A stretch of 32,000 nt of DNA from Pseudodesulfovibrio mercurii (GCF_000189295.2 NC_016803.1:2760001-2792000); one strand, 5' to 3'; counted from the first letter of the stretch, positions 6,290 through 14,742 are shown. The notes: generated by a model from the letters alone, not told the origin. Program-made: numbers and translations.

Positions 6290-9200
6290 CTTCGCAAGGC
6301 CCCCGCCTCGTCGCTGCCCAAGGGCCTTTCGCCCGAGGCCGCCAGTTCGTCGATGCACTCCTTGTAATCGAGCGGCCGACACAGGCTGATGGGCGATTCA
6401 TAACAGTGATATTCCGTCTGGTTGTCCAGGGAGCGGTTGAAGAAGCTCGGCGTCGGGTTGTCGTAGGCGTCGCCGATGACCCGCATGAAGGGAGCCATGT
6501 CGAAGAGGGGCCTTCCGTCCGCCCTGCCGAGGTACAGATCGTCGGGGGTGGGCAGGTCCTGGCCGGGAGACAGCGTGATGGTGAGCGGACGTCGCTCCGG
6601 CCCCGTGAAGTCGTGGAACAGGGCGGAATGGGCCCCCTCTCCGAGATACGTGACGGAATCCACATGGAGGAGCCTGAGCGATGTCAGGCCGTCGGAAAGC
6701 AGGGCGTACAGGTCGTTGACCGCGCCCGTCAGCAGATAGGCCAGCCTGCCTGGGGGGCCGTTCAGCGAGAAGTGGCTCATTTTGTTGCGCAGCTGGCCGA
6801 TGGCCTGAAACACATGCGTGCTGACGGCCGGGTCGGCCTCCGTTGCGTACGGGTTGTCGTCCGGCCGTCCCCCTCCGGGCAGGATGTCCGGCAGCTTATC
6901 GAGCAGCAGGCGCATGTTCGCGCTCGGCTCGCTGTCGAGCAGTGGGGCGATGAGCACGGCCTTGAGGTAGCCCCATTCCTCGGAGTCGCAGTCGGCGAGG
7001 CCCGCCAGGCTGGAGTGCATGGCTTCCCCCAGGCTGCCGTGGGAGAGGCGGCCCATGGACTGGATCTGCCGGATGACGCCCCGCTTCTTTTTCTCCGGGC
7101 CGCAACGCAGATAGGCCCCGCAGAGCGTGAAGGTGATGAATTTGAACAGCGCCTCGAACGCCTCCATGGCGTGCCGGGCGATGTCCTCGTTGCTCACGCC
7201 GCCCCAGGGCGTGGACGGGCACCATTGCAGGTTGCCGAAGGTCGCGTACAGGGGCTTGGGCCACCCCCGGCTGACCTCCTTGGTCAGCAGGGGTACGTGG
7301 ACCAGCCTGTTGTCGTAGGAGATGTAGAGCACCGGAGGGGCCTCGGTCTCTCCGGCGGGCCCGGCCCCGGCGGCGACCGGAACCGGGGCCGGTTCCCCGG
7401 CCTCCGCCGGAAGCGGCGTCAGCCAGTTCTTCACTTCACGGGCCATGAAATAGGCGAAGAGGAGGGCCGAGGCTCCGAGCTGGACCGGAGCGCCCAGGCC
7501 CAGCGCCGGGACAAGGGAGTTCACGACGTGCAGCGGGAGCAGGACGGTGACGGCGCTGAGGATGGCTGCGGGCAGGGCCGCCTGGAGGACATCCGTGAAC
7601 GGGACGGGGCCTCGTGGCCTCCACCCCCAGGAGAAGCACTTTCCGATGGTATTCCGAACGGCATGCTCCCTGCCGTCGGCCATGACCGCGCGGAACATCT
7701 CCTCGGCCTCCTGGAGGATGTCCTTGTCCAGCTCATTGGAGAAGGAGGTCTCCGGGGCGTCGAAGTGGCGGAAACGCCCAAGGCGAGCGGTTTCGATATC
7801 CACGCTCTGGGTGAATTCGCCGACGATGCGGGACAACACGTAGGCGCAGCAGCCCGCCGCCAACAGGAACAGGGGCGGGTTCGGGGGGAAGCTCGCGGCC
7901 CGGCCGGTCAGGAACAGCGCCGTGGCGCGGAGCGCGGCGTGCAGGATGAGCCCGAGGATCAGGAAGAGGCTCATCTTCTGGATGCGGCGGAGAGTCATGG
8001 CCGTGATCGCCTGGGCGGCGTGCTCGATCGACCGGGCGTTTTTGAGCAGATATCCCTTTTCGAAAAGGCTCAGCACGAGGGGGGTGGAGACATATCTGGT
8101 GATCAGGGGATATATCCAGGTCGTGTAGGAGGCCGTCAGCAGACCCAGGGTCAAGGTCCCGGCCAGCGGCCATGCGCAGAGGCCGGCGAGGAAGGAAAAG
8201 GCTGGAGGAACGGCCGCTGCGACCATGTCCGCCACGCCCGAGAGGACCAATCCGGCGGGGACCGTCAACAGAACGAGGCAGAAGAAGAACAGCGCGTTGG
8301 AGAAGGGTATCTCGATGACGGTGTCCTGCCGTTCGTTCCCGCTGTACCGTTCGACGGCCAGAGCGGATTTCGCCTTGAAGAGCCATGCGCCGGTCATGGC
8401 GAACAGGATGATCGACCCGGCATAGACGGCCATCAGGGGCTTGGACGCGGCGTAGGTCGCGTCGAAGGTCGAAACCAGCAACGTCAGCAGTATGATTACC
8501 GGCAGGACGATCTGCTTCGTCCGCAACAGGTATAACTGGTACATTCCCATGCCGATCCACAACACGCAAAGGATCATCAGGGTTCCCGCAGCTTCGGCAA
8601 GGGGCAGGGACGAACCCGTCAGCTCCCGCACCAGAAAGAGGACGGCGAGGGTTCCGAGCGGAACCGCGAAGAACGGCAGGCTGAGATTGAAAAAGATGGA
8701 TACCCTCCTGCGCAGGATGATGTAGGGAAGCAGGAAGATCAGGAGGGGGAGGAACAGGGCGGAGGCCGAGGCGGATTGCCATTGGGCGACACCCGCAAAG
8801 GAGAGGACCCCGGCCGCGGCGAGGACCGCGAGGGTCCAGCGCAGGGGACGCGGGTCGGCGTCTTTGAACAACTTGCGGGGCTGCAGGAGCAGGCCGGGGA
8901 GGATGCCGAACAGCAGGAGCGCGCCTCGGCTCAATGCTCGCCCGGTCAGGAGCCCGTCCAGGGAGGCGAGGATCGGGTTCGACAACGCCTTTTGCCACGC
9001 GGAGACGTCCCACCAGCCCGGGACGTAGAGCAGGCCGAAGAACAGGGCAAAGAGGACCAGGCCGATCTTGAGGTTCTGGGCGGGATCATTGGCGGGACCG
9101 GCCAGCCGTTTCAACGGACTCGCATCCAGCATGCCGCCCTTGATCGGCGGCAACTCCCGCCACCGGGGCTCGGCCGCCACGAAGGTGCGTTCGGCAGGCC

Positions 9201-11799
9201 GCGCGTCCTCTTCATCGGGGTCGCCGAGCGGGAATTCCAGGAGCCCGTGGATGAAGGATTGCTCCAGTTCCCCGAGCTGCAGCCAGAAGCAGCGGTCCAG
9301 CTCCAACAGGAAGCGGGAATACGCATCGGGCGAACTGGCGTTCCCGAGGATGGTCTGTTGCAGGGCCTGGTACCGTGCGAGATGATTCTGCCACATCGCG
9401 TCCAGTCGCAGGAGGAGCGACACGCGCGCCCGCACGTTTCCCATTCGCGGCAGTGCGCGGTGCACCCTGTACAGCAATTCCTCGGCGAGCCGCGTGGCCA
9501 CGGTCTGGCGGGAAGACCCGGCCCAGTCCTGCAAGTCTTCCGGATCGAAGACGCCGAAGACGCAGGCGTCTTCGATGAACGCGTCGGAGAACCGGGTCGC
9601 CTTGCGGGGGTAATGGTCCGTAACGACCTGGGTGGCCCAATTGAGGACCATGCTGTCGATGTCGCCTTCGATGGCGGTGTTCAAGTGCAGCAATTTGCAC
9701 CGGAAGCCGTAGACAAAGGTGCGCTGGCCGTCCAGGAACGAGTCGATATGGTATATCGACCTTCGTTTTTCATAGGCCGCCGCCAACAGCTTCCCCTGCG
9801 CCCTGTTGATGGCGTTGGCGACCATTTGGGTGCTGATCGGCACATCGGGCTCCAGGCCGAATGATCGCATGAGCAACCGCGTGGCCGAGGCGGTGAGCAT
9901 TAGCCACTCGCTGTCGAGTGAGAGAATGAAGAGGCTCGTGCCGGGAGCGCCCCGCCGGGCCGTTCGCCCCCTGACCTGCGCGTCGATGGCCGGCGACATG
10001 CTGCGCATCAGGCCGATGACCAGCAGCCCGCCCTTGTCGCGCGCCTCGGGGCTGACCTTGATGTCCGTGCCCCTGCCCGCCAGCTTGGCCGCGATGGTGA
10101 CCGCTCCGGGCTCTCCGGCCGTGGCCAGGATGGAGGCCGCCTGCCGGGCGTTGCCCGCGACCAGAAGGCGGGACCGGACGCCCCGGGCGAGCAGATAGTC
10201 CCGGACCGCCTCAGCCAGGCCGATGTACGGGCAGTCGATCAGAACCGGGGCGCCGGTTCGCCAGGCCTCGAGCGTCAGCTCCCCGGCGCCGCGAACGGCG
10301 TCGGCGGTGGTGGGATATATCCTGTCCGGTTCGTCTTTTCGGATACACGGGGTGGCGCTGGGGATCAGCTCGGTGACGAGCCCGTAGAACTGCATGAATT
10401 CGTCGGCGTATTCCCTGGCGGTGGCGGTCATGCCCGAAAGGCGGCCGTAGAGTTGGACATAGTGCTGGATGGAGATCAAGCCGACGCGACGCATCGTTTC
10501 GCGTACTTTCGGCAGATCGAGGCCGTGCTTGAGGCGGAGGGCGATATCCGTTTCCCAGCCGAAGGGGGCGGCGTTTTCTCCCGTCTTGAGGCAAACCGGC
10601 CTGATGACGTCGTCGGCGATGTAATAGTGCTTCTTGTCCTGGAGGCCGAAGCAGGCATTGACCATCGTGTCGAGCAGACGGAGGACCTCCATGCCCCGGG
10701 GGCCGTATTCCCAGTGCTCCTCGGATTCGTCGACGGCAAAGGCGGCGAAGGCCTTTTGCCGTCCCCGCTCCGTGGCGCTCCACTTCCCGAGGTGGCGGAT
10801 GTCGCCGCTCCGCTCGTCGAAGTGCCGGACCACCTCGAACATCCGGATGAAGTCCCGGTTTGTTCCTTCCGCTTCCGCAGTCGCCGCGTTCAGCATGTTG
10901 TGTTCGCTTCTGGCTTCCTCGATCAGCGTGTCGTCGGCTTCGTCGAGGATGAGCCAGTCCTGGCGGCCGTCGAAGAGAAGCTCATCGGAATTGAGCGTGG
11001 TTTGATCGCCCAGGTAGCCGAAGATGAAATCGCTGATCCGGCCGTACACGATGTCCGCGGTGCGGATCTCTTCCGCCCCTTTGTCCCGGGGGGCCTCGCA
11101 ATAGGCATACGTCCGTCCGCCGATGCAATGGGTCTCACCCGTTTCGAAGGACTCCGGCTTCTCCCCCGTTTCGTCCACATTCAGGAAGTCGAGGAATGAA
11201 CTGAATTCGTCGTACATCCCGTCTTCGGGCGTATCCTGCTCCGGCGGCATCTCCTTGAGCCAGCCGATCCGCCTTTCCGTGAGGAGGGCCGCTTTCAGCC
11301 CGAGGGCCATGTAAAGCGGGGACATCTCCAGGAAGTCCCGTTTGGCCAGGTAGGCGTTGTAGGTGGAGATGTGGACCTGTTCGCCCTTGAGCGCGCCGCA
11401 GCACGCCGCAATGGCGGCCGCCAGCGTCTTCCCCTCACCGTTTTCCATCTGGATGATCCGCCCCCGGAGGAGGGCGATGGCCGCCTGGATCTGGTTCTGC
11501 CGGGCGTTGAGATTCCCCTCCAGCGTGCGCCGGGCGATGATCCTGAGCAGCGCGAGCAGGCGGGGGTACTCCTTGTCCTTGAGATTCCGGAAGTCCTCGA
11601 GGCGCAGCGCGGCGGCCCGCGCCTCGTCGGCGAGCTCCGGGAGCGGTTGGGCCGGTTCGTCCCGTCTGGTCTTTCCGGAAAGACCGATGATGTCGCTGAC
11701 AAGCTGGCGGGTCTGCCTGTCCACGTTGCGGATGCCGGTGTCGATGAATGCCCGTTTGGTCGAGTCGAAGATCGTTTTGAGCGCGTGCGGGTCGAACAT
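6286..11799 (-). CDS. giant fusion protein (1837 aa): complete SecA-like translocase ATPase + about 14-TM membrane domain + about 350-aa C-terminal domain
   Basis: Start set at ATG 11799 (MFDPHALKTIF...). The track's longer ORF reaching 12177 overlaps tyrS.

SecA hallmarks, all in SecA order:
- IQMENGEGKTL (Walker A, nt 11425..11439)
- STYNAYLAKRDFLEMSPLYMALGL
- ADIVYGRISDFIFGYLGD
- LILDEADDTLIEEAR (DEAD, nt 10933..10947)
- PPXD-like HYYIADDVIRPVCLKTGE...IQHYVQLYGRLSGMTATA
- YGLVTELIPSATPCIRKDEPDRIY
- GAVTIAAKLAGRGTDI
- GGLLVIGLMRSMSPAIDAQVRGRTARRGAPGTSLFILSLDSEWL
- scaffold helix INRAQGKLLAAAYEKRRSIYHIDSFLDGQRTFVY
- RLDAMWQNHLARYQAL

Residues about 910-1460 (nt 7420..9072) contain about 13-15 hydrophobic helices. 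Residues about 1490-1837 (nt 6289..7332) are soluble. Confidence 0.9.
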   Translation of the reverse strand: MFDPHALKTIFDSTKRAFIDTGIRNVDRQTRQLVSDIIGLSGKTRRDEPAQPLPELADEARAAALRLEDFRNLKDKEYPRLLALLRIIARRTLEGNLNARQNQIQAAIALLRGRIIQMENGEGKTLAAAIAACCGALKGEQVHISTYNAYLAKRDFLEMSPLYMALGLKAALLTERRIGWLKEMPPEQDTPEDGMYDEFSSFLDFLNVDETGEKPESFETGETHCIGGRTYAYCEAPRDKGAEEIRTADIVYGRISDFIFGYLGDQTTLNSDELLFDGRQDWLILDEADDTLIEEARSEHNMLNAATAEAEGTNRDFIRMFEVVRHFDERSGDIRHLGKWSATERGRQKAFAAFAVDESEEHWEYGPRGMEVLRLLDTMVNACFGLQDKKHYYIADDVIRPVCLKTGENAAPFGWETDIALRLKHGLDLPKVRETMRRVGLISIQHYVQLYGRLSGMTATAREYADEFMQFYGLVTELIPSATPCIRKDEPDRIYPTTADAVRGAGELTLEAWRTGAPVLIDCPYIGLAEAVRDYLLARGVRSRLLVAGNARQAASILATAGEPGAVTIAAKLAGRGTDIKVSPEARDKGGLLVIGLMRSMSPAIDAQVRGRTARRGAPGTSLFILSLDSEWLMLTASATRLLMRSFGLEPDVPISTQMVANAINRAQGKLLAAAYEKRRSIYHIDSFLDGQRTFVYGFRCKLLHLNTAIEGDIDSMVLNWATQVVTDHYPRKATRFSDAFIEDACVFGVFDPEDLQDWAGSSRQTVATRLAEELLYRVHRALPRMGNVRARVSLLLRLDAMWQNHLARYQALQQTILGNASSPDAYSRFLLELDRCFWLQLGELEQSFIHGLLEFPLGDPDEEDARPAERTFVAAEPRWRELPPIKGGMLDASPLKRLAGPANDPAQNLKIGLVLFALFFGLLYVPGWWDVSAWQKALSNPILASLDGLLTGRALSRGALLLFGILPGLLLQPRKLFKDADPRPLRWTLAVLAAAGVLSFAGVAQWQSASASALFLPLLIFLLPYIILRRRVSIFFNLSLPFFAVPLGTLAVLFLVRELTGSSLPLAEAAGTLMILCVLWIGMGMYQLYLLRTKQIVLPVIILLTLLVSTFDATYAASKPLMAVYAGSIILFAMTGAWLFKAKSALAVERYSGNERQDTVIEIPFSNALFFFCLVLLTVPAGLVLSGVADMVAAAVPPAFSFLAGLCAWPLAGTLTLGLLTASYTTWIYPLITRYVSTPLVLSLFEKGYLLKNARSIEHAAQAITAMTLRRIQKMSLFLILGLILHAALRATALFLTGRAASFPPNPPLFLLAAGCCAYVLSRIVGEFTQSVDIETARLGRFRHFDAPETSFSNELDKDILQEAEEMFRAVMADGREHAVRNTIGKCFSWGWRPRGPVPFTDVLQAALPAAILSAVTVLLPLHVVNSLVPALGLGAPVQLGASALLFAYFMAREVKNWLTPLPAEAGEPAPVPVAAGAGPAGETEAPPVLYISYDNRLVHVPLLTKEVSRGWPKPLYATFGNLQWCPSTPWGGVSNEDIARHAMEAFEALFKFITFTLCGAYLRCGPEKKKRGVIRQIQSMGRLSHGSLGEAMHSSLAGLADCDSEEWGYLKAVLIAPLLDSEPSANMRLLLDKLPDILPGGGRPDDNPYATEADPAVSTHVFQAIGQLRNKMSHFSLNGPPGRLAYLLTGAVNDLYALLSDGLTSLRLLHVDSVTYLGEGAHSALFHDFTGPERRPLTITLSPGQDLPTPDDLYLGRADGRPLFDMAPFMRVIGDAYDNPTPSFFNRSLDNQTEYHCYESPISLCRPLDYKECIDELAASGERPLGSDEAGALRS

Positions 11800-11912
11800 G
11801 GCGGTGCCTCTGGGTGTGCTCTTCGTGGTGCGGTCAGGCGGCCGAAGTGGTCGAGTGCGGTCGGTCTTCAACGTGTATTCAATAAACGCATATTGCTCAA
11901 CCCCTTGAGGGT

Positions 11913-11944
11913 AAAAAAAGGCCGGACGGCATAGCCGCCCGGCC
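11913..11944 (-). terminator. rho-independent terminator downstream of tyrS
   Basis: On the minus strand: GGCCGGGCGGC-TAT-GCCGTCCGGCC (11-bp stem with one mismatch) followed by TTTTTTT. It starts 26 nt after the tyrS stop codon. Confidence 0.7.
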
Positions 11945-11969
11945 CTGCGCGGGAGGAGGAAAGGGCGCG

Positions 11970-13244
11970 TCAGGCCGCCCGGGCGCGGGAGACCACCCCA
12001 TGGATTTTCCGCCCCTTGCGGACGATGAGCATCTCCCCGTCCAGGAAGTCGGCGTCGGTCGGGACAAAGGCGGCGTCGCGCACCCGGCGGTTGTTGACGT
12101 ACACGCCGCCGCCCTGGGCGTCGCGGCGCGCCTGTCCGCGCGATTGGGCCATGCCCAGGCCCACGAGCAGGGAACACAGGTCGGTCGGGACGCCGTGTCC
12201 CAGCACCAGGCTGGGCGCGGCGGACACCGCGCCTCTCAGAGCGGCCATGTCCACGGCGCGGAGGTCGCCGTCCCCGAACAGGGCCTGCGCCGCGCCGACC
12301 ACCGCGTCCAGCGCCGTGCGACCGTGGACCATGCAGGTGACCTCATCGGCCAGGCGGCGCTGGGCCTCCCGCAGGTGGGGCCGCTCCTCCACCGCCGCCT
12401 CCAGTTCGGCGATGACCGTCCGGTCCAGGAAGGTGAAGAGCTTGAGGAAGCGGATGGCGTCCCGGTCCTCGGTGTTCAGCCAGAACTGGTGGAAGTGGTA
12501 CACCGGGGTCTTTTCGGCGTTGAGGAAGACGGCGTTGCCTTCGGACTTGCCGAACTTCCTGCCGGAGGCGGTGGTGAGCAGCGGCAGGGTGATGCCGAAG
12601 GCCCGACCGCCGGCCGCCCGGCGAATGAGATCGATCCCGGACGTGATGTTGCCCCACTGGTCGCTGCCGCCTATCTGCATCCGGCATCCCTCTTCGCGGA
12701 AAAGGTGCAGGAAATCGAAGGACTGCAACAGCATGTAGCTGAACTCGGTGTAGGAGATTCCCTCGCCTTCCCGGTCGATGCGCCCGCGAACCGATTCCTT
12801 GTTCAGCATCGCGTTGACGCTGAAGTGCTTGCCCACGTCGCGCAAAAACTCCATGGTGTTGATGTCCTTGAACCAATGGTAGTTATTGCGCAGGACCGGC
12901 GCGGTTCCGGTGTTGCGCCGCACGAACGCCTCGATCTGGCCGCCGATCATCTCGGCCTGGGCGGCCACGGTGGTCGTGTCGATCAACTGGCGCTCCACGT
13001 CCTTGCCCGAGGGGTCGCCGATCATGCCGGTGGCCCCGCCGAGCAGGAAGATGGGGCGCAGGCCGCAGCGCTGCATGCGGACCAGGGTGGTCAGGACCAG
13101 CAGGTTGCCCACGTGCAGGCTTTCGGCCGTGGGATCGAATCCGGCGTATACACCGTTGCCCCGGGTGCCCAGAAATCGTGCGATGCCTTCGGCGTCGGTC
13201 ATGTCCTGGATGTTGCCTCGCCATTCAAGTTCGTTCATCAGCAT
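11970..13244 (-). CDS. tyrS: tyrosine--tRNA ligase
   Basis: Class-I synthetase motifs: HIGH-type SLHVGNL and KMSKS-type KFGKSEG. A C-terminal S4-like domain is present (GGVYVNNRRV). Start set at ATG 13244 (GGAGGAAGG 8 nt upstream). An in-frame ATG at 13259 would add 5 aa. Confidence 0.95.
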   Translation of the reverse strand: MLMNELEWRGNIQDMTDAEGIARFLGTRGNGVYAGFDPTAESLHVGNLLVLTTLVRMQRCGLRPIFLLGGATGMIGDPSGKDVERQLIDTTTVAAQAEMIGGQIEAFVRRNTGTAPVLRNNYHWFKDINTMEFLRDVGKHFSVNAMLNKESVRGRIDREGEGISYTEFSYMLLQSFDFLHLFREEGCRMQIGGSDQWGNITSGIDLIRRAAGGRAFGITLPLLTTASGRKFGKSEGNAVFLNAEKTPVYHFHQFWLNTEDRDAIRFLKLFTFLDRTVIAELEAAVEERPHLREAQRRLADEVTCMVHGRTALDAVVGAAQALFGDGDLRAVDMAALRGAVSAAPSLVLGHGVPTDLCSLLVGLGMAQSRGQARRDAQGGGVYVNNRRVRDAAFVPTDADFLDGEMLIVRKGRKIHGVVSRARAA

Positions 13245-13288
13245 TTTTCCTTCCTCCATGTGTCTTGCGTTCAGGTTCGGGGCGGCGG

Positions 13289-13540
13289 TCAGGCCGCGCT
13301 CTTCATGAGGTTCCGGTTCTTGCGCTGGGACTTGCGCATCTCCACTTCCTTGATTTCGTCCAGGACCTCGCCGGTCTGCTCCAGGAGTCGGCGCATGCCG
13401 TCCAGGACGTCGAGGTAGGTGGTGTCGGGGGTGTCTCCGATGCGTTCGGCGATGTGGCCTTCCAGCTTTTCGGGGTCGATGGCCGGGAGGCCGTTTTCCA
13501 CCAGCTCGTACATGATGCGGGTCAGGTATGCGCTAACCAT
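13289..13540 (-). CDS. small acidic hypothetical protein, 83 aa
   Basis: ATG 13540 is preceded by AAGGAGAG. Sequence: MVSAYLTRIMYELVENGLPAIDPEKLEGHIAERIGDTPDTTYLDVLDGMRRLLEQTGEVLDEIKEVEMRKSQRKNRNLMKSAA. It is only the 3' part of the 279-aa track ORF; the upstream part of that ORF is Arg/Pro/Gly-rich out-of-frame overlap with the real 13588..14409 gene (same strand). Confidence 0.55.
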   Translation of the reverse strand: MVSAYLTRIMYELVENGLPAIDPEKLEGHIAERIGDTPDTTYLDVLDGMRRLLEQTGEVLDEIKEVEMRKSQRKNRNLMKSAA

Positions 13541-13587
13541 GGTCTCTCCTTCGGTTGTCGGTTGTCGGTCGGGGGTTTGTCGGTCGA

Positions 13588-14409
13588 TCAGTGGGCGGAC
13601 TGGCAGCGACGATGCTTGGCCACGCCGCTCAGCGCCCAGGTCAGGCCGCCGATGATGAGCATAAAGATCAGCCAGTTGGGAATTCGGATCAGGCCGGACA
13701 TGTTCGCTCCGACCATGGCCAGCGCCAGACCACCGGCAAGCTTGAAGTCGTTTTCGCGGAATCCCTCCTGCGAATGGCAGAGCCAGCCGATGACCACGCC
13801 GGTCATGGTCAGGCAGAAACCCGCGCCCACGGCGGCGAGCACGTTCGACATGACGGCGCTCCGTGCGCTCCAGGCCCAATCCACGTTGTCGGCGGCCAGG
13901 GCGCAGATCCCGATGAGGAGCATGACCACGCGGGGCATGGTGTCGCCGCCGGCGATGCGGGCGATGCGGCTCAGGACGGGGGCTTCGGTGAAGACCAGGC
14001 CGAGCAGGATGACCATGAGCGAGGTCAAAAGCCGCATGTTGGACGGGATGACCGCCGCCAGCGGGGTGGCCAGGCCGGCGACCAGCACCGCCGCGATGCC
14101 GATGATGAGGTAGGTGCGCACGGCGCACAGCGTCCGCGACAGCAGGGAGCCCTCGAGGTTCGTGGCGCTGACGATGCAGGCGGCACCGCTGAAGGCCATC
14201 AGCCCGAAGGCGATGCTGTCCGAGGTCGAGGAGAACAGTCCGCTCCCCAGCGAGGAGACGTAGAAACCGTCCAGGACGGGAAGCAGCCCCATGAAGAGCA
14301 GGCGGGTCTGCGCCTTTCCGCCGAGCATCTGGTTCGTCAGCCTGTGCGCCCTGTCTCCGAGTGCCTCCGCTCCCTTCCGCATCATCGAATAGGCATAATT
14401 GGCGGTCAT
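13588..14409 (-). CDS. polytopic integral membrane protein, family uncertain (possibly VIT1/CCC1-related)
   Basis: GGAGG sits upstream of ATG 14409. About 7 hydrophobic helices. GLLPVLDGFYVSSLGSG faintly resembles the DG-x-hydrophobic-S motif of VIT1/TIGR00267-type proteins. That family hint is weak. Confidence 0.65.
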   Translation of the reverse strand: MTANYAYSMMRKGAEALGDRAHRLTNQMLGGKAQTRLLFMGLLPVLDGFYVSSLGSGLFSSTSDSIAFGLMAFSGAACIVSATNLEGSLLSRTLCAVRTYLIIGIAAVLVAGLATPLAAVIPSNMRLLTSLMVILLGLVFTEAPVLSRIARIAGGDTMPRVVMLLIGICALAADNVDWAWSARSAVMSNVLAAVGAGFCLTMTGVVIGWLCHSQEGFRENDFKLAGGLALAMVGANMSGLIRIPNWLIFMLIIGGLTWALSGVAKHRRCQSAH

Positions 14410-14642
14410 GTCGTACCTCCTGTGGTTTGGTTGACCGGATCGTGCTTCAACCAGACCTTTTGGCGGTGAACCGACTTTGGACCCGCAAAAACTCGAAAAA
14501 AGAATATGTTTATTTTTTAGCTATTAAATTGAGCAGGTTGCGATTTTCCGGCCAGGCGGATGGGGCGGTGCCGCCCGCCTCCTCGGGCCGGAGCCCGCCC
14601 GGCCTTGCGGGTGTTGCCATCCGGGGGATACCCCGCATGCGC

Positions 14643-14682
14643 AAAAAAAACCCCCCGCCATGATGGGAAACATGGCGGGGGG
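14643..14682 (-). terminator. rho-independent terminator downstream of coaX
   Basis: On the minus strand: CCCCCCGCCATG-TTTCCCAT-CATGGCGGGGGG (12-bp stem) followed by TTTTTTTT. Confidence 0.8.
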
Positions 14683-14742
14683 GCGCGGATATGTGGAGGG
14701 TGCCTTTCGGCAGGTTTCGGCCTTGGGCCGTCCCTTGATCCC

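Noticed and set aside
6070-9864. Long plus-strand ORFs (6070..8535 at 821 aa; 8776..9864 at 362 aa), plus several 400-aa alternative-frame ORFs inside the giant gene.
   Set aside because: They run antisense or out of frame to a gene whose own frame carries unmistakable SecA motifs and coherent TM helices. Their translations are Arg/Gly/Glu/Pro-rich low-complexity sequence.
11800-12177. N-terminal extension of the giant ORF. The track lists it as 1963 aa starting at 12177.
   Set aside because: The extra 126 codons are Arg/Pro/Gly-rich. They cross the tyrS terminator hairpin and overlap the 3' end of tyrS on the same strand in another frame. SecA-like sequence and a plausible start (MFDPHALK...) begin at 11799.
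12000-13418. 472-aa plus-strand ORF and other ORFs overlapping tyrS.
   Set aside because: They are antisense to tyrS, which carries the HIGH and KMSKS motifs.
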